Shown: positions 47,301-51,167 of the stretch, piece after piece
Numbering within the stretch: position 1 is the first letter of the stretch
How the letters are laid out: the number at the start of each line of letters is the position of its first letter
Assembly (NCBI RefSeq): GCF_001194135.2
Contig: NC_068991.1
Location: forward strand, 80,754,630-80,805,796
Source: Octopus bimaculoides
Taxonomy: Eukaryota
Reading direction: 5' to 3'
Length of the DNA: 51,167 nucleotides
Notes under the pieces: model-generated
Databases searched by the model: none
Seen by the model: the letters and a program-made list of their open reading frames with translations, nothing else
What the model was told of the DNA's origin: nothing
Position numbers and translations under genes: made by a program

Positions 47301-48403
47301 NNNNNNNNNNNNNNNNNNNNNNNNNNNNNNNNNNNNNNNNNNNNNNNNNNNNNNNNNNNNNNNNNNNNNNNNNNNNNNNNNNNNNNNNNNNNNNNNNNNN
47401 NNNNNNNNNNNNNNNNNNNNNNNNNNNNNNNNNNNNNNNNNNNNNNNNNNNNNNNNNNNNNNNNNNNNNNNAACTTTGCCCAGGCTATTCTTATTCTAGC
47501 AGCTACACTTTCAGCGCACCCACCCCCACTACTAACTTGGTCGCCCAGATAGCAGAAGCTATCGACTACCTCTAGTTTTTCACCCTGGAATGAGATAGAA
47601 GTTGTTTCCTGTTTGTTTACAGTTTTTATTGCACCTGAACATCTGCCACAAACAAAAACTAACTTCCTAGTTAACCTGCCTTTGATATTGCTGCACCTCT
47701 TATGTGTCCATAGCTTGCACCGGGTACATCTTATAGAGTTACTACCTACTCCTTTTCTACATACTGAGCAGGGCCATCTACCTGAAGGGGTTTGTGTTTT
47801 ATCTACCTTCCTACTTATTAGGATTTTGGTTTTAACTAGGTTGATTAATTTGGTACCTCAATACAATATACTTTTGATAATTGAGATACACACAAACATG
47901 TTGGGGCATAAACACACATAGCCACACAAACACACACTGATGCTAATGCTGAAGTTGCAAAGTTATAACATTATAAACAACAACAAATATTAGTTGATGA
48001 AAGGGTTCAACACTTTTAATGGAGCATCAAATTAATCATAATATATGAAGGTTGATTGGAAGTCTAATTTACACCTCTTTTCAGTCAGGTGACAGGAAAA
48101 ACTGACTACAACACCGTCTACTGCATTTTTCTACAAGCAATTGCAGATATACATAAACACACAAGCATATGCATATGCATGCACACACAAACACGCATAC
48201 ATACATATATATGTATGAGGGTTGGCAACAGAAAGGGCACCTAACTGTAAAAAAGTGTCTTGGTAAACTTAATCCAAGCCATGCTACATGGAAAAGTAGT
48301 TGCTAAAATGATGGAAAAGAAAAACTATTTACTTGATAGCATCTTGTCGGGCTTCACGTTTTAGTTTAAAAGTTTTCTTATTCGTTTCTTCTTCAAATCT
48401 AAA
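33603..48403 (-). CDS. BBOF1: Basal body orientation factor 1 (CCDC176), 3' six coding exons; 5' incomplete
   Basis: Join, in transcript order: 48403-48333, 44865-44652, 42408-42137, 37573-37421, 36253-36083, 33690-33603. Introns are GT-AG and phases are consistent. Motifs match remembered BBOF1: NLNDITKQIYQEN, KRLARSVLEQRNDLETFF, PKVRTF, STNNV, DLTWEQKESVL, TFLTQ. Confidence 0.88.
33960..34075 (+). mobile_element. Penelope-type GIY-YIG endonuclease C-terminal relic
   Basis: NLRIMEAHLIDKLRPTINNRKE matches the LxIxEAxxIxxxxPxxN motif. Confidence 0.6.
34625..35425 (-). mobile_element. RTE-clade LINE 3' ORF fragment including the PHD finger
   Basis: INLVKTKVV...CSVCRKGVGRNSICCTQCNLWTHERC...CGRC...VVDSFCY...KGRLYDAC...HGSETW. 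Confidence 0.9.
35456..36015 (+). mobile_element. Mariner left end and transposase N-terminus
   Basis: TA-TTCGGTCATTCCATAAATAAT TIR; KHILLYEFNK...QRWIQKFR...SLEDEP.PGRSVELD. Confidence 0.88.
36083..36253 (-). CDS. BBOF1: BBOF1 exon (NIADVQIDVKDLTWEQKESVLCYLFSRMN...)
   Basis: Pyrimidine tract plus CAG; GTAAAT donor; hallmark DLTWEQKE. Confidence 0.92.
37421..37573 (-). CDS. BBOF1: BBOF1 exon (KLYIQQAKQAYQHKLLEANNGKTEHPKVRTF...DFDAAKL)
   Basis: CACAG acceptor; GTAAGT donor; phase 2-2. Confidence 0.9.
38930..39110 (+). mobile_element. CR1/L2-group LINE ORF2 C-terminal relic
   Basis: YYIQSFLPRTLTLWNLLP...DLQQFK matches SFFPRTxxxWNxLP. Confidence 0.7.
39580..40667 (+). mobile_element. RTE-clade LINE apurinic endonuclease region, degenerate
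   Basis: SAYAPQAGL; VAGDFNGHVG...GYGFGTRNEEGTRLLEFC...NSNFRKPASHLIT; QVDYLL; WWWNKEVD. Interrupted by a (GAG)n run at about 40290-40337. Confidence 0.9.
41677..41812 (+). repeat. 59-bp tandem repeat, about 2.3 copies
   Basis: Units start at 41677, 41736 and 41795; the two full units differ at one base. Confidence 0.95.
42137..42408 (-). CDS. BBOF1: BBOF1 exon (LLQRIEDLEK...RKKIAAHR)
   Basis: TTAG acceptor; GTCAGT donor; coincides with ORF 42052-42408. Confidence 0.92.
43503..44170 (+). mobile_element. hAT (Charlie/Buster-like) transposase N-terminal relic split by an LTR
   Basis: QYFVEYLSYGFIP...PMCLVCMNVLSSD, then the insertion, then SMKPAKLKIHSETKH...VEYFRK (BED-type CxxC...HxxxxH). Confidence 0.85.
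43634..44055 (+). mobile_element. Solo LTR, 422 bp, with a 4-bp TSD ATAG
   Basis: TGTAG...CTACA inverted termini; ATAG at 43630-43633 and 44056-44059; AATAAA at 43951. Removing the LTR and one TSD copy restores the hAT reading frame. Confidence 0.9.
44652..44865 (-). CDS. BBOF1: BBOF1 exon (NLNDITKQIYQENARLSEALLTHIK...KTENVE)
   Basis: TATAG acceptor; GTAAGC donor; 71 open codons with a coiled-coil pattern. Confidence 0.9.
45440..45730 (+). mobile_element. Penelope-like GIY-YIG endonuclease relic
   Basis: SSNVIYCIT...LYIRQSVRHLADWFTEHLRDIR...EQELTFYLHSFVPYGLN, spread across frameshifts. Confidence 0.85.
47471..47832 (-). mobile_element. RTE-clade LINE fragment with PHD finger, beside a gap
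   Basis: NLVKTKIL...SGRWPCSVCRKGVGSNSIRCTRCKLWTHKRC...CGRC. Confidence 0.9.
48333..48403 (-). CDS. BBOF1: BBOF1 internal exon (FRFEEETNKKTFKLKREARQDAIK)
   Basis: TTTACAG acceptor and GTAAAT donor on the minus strand; joins in frame to the next exon. Confidence 0.8.
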
Positions 48404-50046
48404 CTGTAAATAAGAAGTTACAAAACAGGCCATTGTAGACAGAAAGGGTGTACATTTAGAGCAATTGCAGGACAAGCTAACAAGATACAGGTTCATTGTG
48501 AAACAGGATTAAGAGTGTAAGACAAGGAATGGGATAGCCAGCAGCATGTTAAACAATAAATCTATTTAGTAAACTGATCCTCTATGCTACATAAAAGAAT
48601 ATGAATACAATGAGAGAACTGGACCCCAAAACAGAAAGGTAAATATTTGAATGTAATGGAATACATATGACAAAAAGAGATAAAACTGAATATATTCAAA
48701 GGATTTCTGTATAATTTCAAACATAACTGATTGTGGGGAATTAGTATAGAATAATGGCAGTGATTTTTAGTTTATTCAAACTCAGTGAACTTTTTCAATA
48801 CCAAAAGGCATTTGTAAAACGCCCTTCAAGGTTTACAAATAAAAACAAGCTAATTTTGTACAGTGGTATATCATCCGTATTCTCTTACATTATCCTATAG
48901 CACATACTGCTTTTTAGATATTCTGCATGGATTAATGGCCTTTATGTTCGATTTTTATTGACATTACAAAAGAAGGTAAAGGCTTATGTCAATAAAATTA
49001 TATTCTACCTTGACATATCTTCAATTATGTTTGTGCTCACTAATAACATAATGTTCAACTCATACTTCAATTCCAGTAAATATGGTTTAAATATTTTGTC
49101 ACCATTATTTCAGTTCAAACTCACTGTCTTTTTTACTTTTAATTTCCAATTAATTTTGGAACTAATGAAGAATTTAGTAAAATAACTTACTTAATAATAA
49201 GTCAGTGTTTAGAATATAATGGAAGATTTTAGCTTAGATCACTTTAACCAAATTGCTTTTCAATCAAGCCTATTGAGCTCAAAAATTCTACCTGTTTATG
49301 TTCAAATGAGCCAGATCCAGCCTTTCATACCTACCATACAAGGTCATTATAAAAATATACAATCACATCAATAAAATTTTGAAGCTACAAGATAATGTGT
49401 GATTAATTAGACCAATGCCAGTGCTGCCTGACTGGCTCCTCATGTCGATGGCATGTAAAAAGCACCATTTGAACATGGTCGATGCCAGTGCCCCCTGACT
49501 GGCTCTTGTGCCAATAGCATGTAAAAAGCACCATCTGAACATGGTTAATACCAGTACCACCTGACTGGCTCCCGTGCCGGTGGCATGTAAAAAGCACCCA
49601 CTACACTCCTGGAGTGGCTGTAGAAACATTGCCAGATCAGATTGGAGCCTGGTTGAGCCTACTGGCTTGCCAGTCCTCAGTCAAACCATCCAACAAATGC
49701 CAGCATGGAAATCAGACGTTAAACGATGATGATGATGAATGTGAAAAAAAAAAGCATTAGATTTGACAAGAGTAATCTAACTGCTAAAGGGTTAAGAACC
49801 AGAAGTAGTCTCAAACAGGTTGATATTAAAAGGGTTAATATTTTACTGCTCCCTAATTTAAATCACAGCCCTTCTAAACACCCAGTGTTCCATCTACATT
49901 TGTTGCACCTTTGTGCGCCTACAATGTTCCCAAGTGAGTTCTACAGCCAAAGATAAGAACTTGTTGTATAGAAGGTAACAAGGAAAAGGGTGACTATATT
50001 GAGAAAAACAGTAAAGTAGGTATAAGGTAGAGAGTGAATATATTTG

Positions 50047-51167
50047 GAAATTTCGTGAAGAGAGAGGTTTGGAGACGTCACTATGAAAGGTTGCTTAATA
50101 AAGAGAATGAATGGGAGGAAGAGAGTCTGCCGCATGTCGACCCAACAAAGGGACCAGCTATCCTAATTGACAGTACCATGGTAGATAAAGCAATCAAGAG
50201 TATGAAGACAGGGAAAGCCCTCGGCCCATCAGAAATCACTGTAGAGATGCTCAAAATATCTGGCAGTGCCGGCTATGGTTAATCAGATGGTACACGAAGG
50301 AGTCATACCCAATGACTGGTGTAGCACCACCATAGTCAACTGTTAAAAAGGTAAAGGTGACGCTTTAGACACAAACAATTACAGAGGTATCAAGTTGTTG
50401 GACCAGGTAATGGAGGTCACGGAGAGGGTCATAGTCCAACAAATTAGGGAGAGAGTCAGTTTAGATGAGATGCAGTTTGGGTTCGTGCCTGATGCTATAT
50501 TTCTGGTAAGACAGCTGCAGGCAAAATACCTAGCCAAAGATAAACCTCTGTACCTGGCTTTCGTTGACATGGAGAAAGCCTTCAACAGGGTCCCTCACTC
50601 CCTTATCTGGTGGTCAATGAGGAAACTAGGGATAGATGAGTGGTTAGTGAGAGCTGTGCAAGCCATGTACAGGGATGCTGTCAGGAAGGTGAGGGTTGGC
50701 AATGAGTACAGTGAAGAATTCCAGGTACAGGTAGGGGTCCACCAAGGTTCAGTCCTCAGCCCCCTCCTATTTATCATAGTCCTCCAGGCAATAACACAGG
50801 AATTCAAGATGGGATACCCCTAGGAGCTCCTCTATGCTGATGACCTTACACTAATTGCTGAGTCACTATCAGAACTAGAGAAGCTTCAGGTGTGGAAGCA
50901 AGGACTAGAATCCAAGGGCCTTAGAGTCAACCTAGCTAAAACCAAAGTCCTAATAAGTAGAAAGGTAGACAAAACACAAACCTCTTCAGGTAGATGGCCC
51001 TGCTCGATCTGTAGAAAAGGCGTAGGTACAAACTCCATAAGATGTACCCAGTGTAAGCTATGGACACATAAGAGGTGCAGCAATATCAAACAAAGGCTAA
51101 CTAGCAAGATAGTTTTTGTATGTGGCAGATGCTCAGGAGCAATAAACACTGAAAATGTGCAGAAAAC
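50047..51167 (+). mobile_element. RTE-clade LINE RT region with embedded PHD finger; degenerate; runs off the window
   Basis: WRRHYERLLN; NYRGIKLL; FVDMEKAF; GVHQGSVLSPLLF; LYADDL; GLRVNLAKTKVL; then C4HC3. Stops at about 50280, 50345 and 50821. Confidence 0.95.

Noticed and set aside
48404-50040. Possible further upstream BBOF1 exons (donor-like sites near 48886, 49017 and 49190)
   Set aside because: At the first two sites the required phase hits a stop codon; at the third the sequence is not coding-like. Upstream exons probably lie outside the window.

Overview
This is an AT-rich, repeat-dense eukaryotic window. The SINE/LINE content and microsatellite load point to a coleoid cephalopod, most likely Octopus; that assignment is inferred from recognised repeat sequences, not from a search. 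I rebuilt two convergent spliced genes by hand, most of whose exons the ORF track misses. (1) A complete 13-coding-exon equilibrative nucleoside transporter on + (815-30081; 1290 nt, 429 aa; ENT3/SLC29A3-like, with an N-terminal ExxxLI motif). (2) The last six coding exons of BBOF1/CCDC176 on - (48403-33603; the 5' part presumably lies beyond the window end). Introns and the 3.5 kb intergenic gap hold decayed transposons. These include at least 7 coding pieces of one RTE-clade LINE, mariner and DD37D maT elements, Penelope/GIY-YIG relics, a Helitron helicase fragment, a hAT relic split by a solo LTR with a perfect 4-bp TSD, and several SINE-like families. I found no prokaryote-type system (CRISPR, operon). 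The strongest leads are: an intact C4HC3 PHD finger inside the LINE reverse transcriptase in three copies; an identical in-frame RT deletion shared by two separate insertions; a variable-copy double-hairpin array in the LINE 3' UTR; the NRF1/ETS-bearing solo LTR in a BBOF1 intron; and unusual binding-site residues in the transporter. Gene models rest on splice signals, frame continuity and remembered family motifs. TE boundaries are approximate unless a TIR or TSD is quoted.
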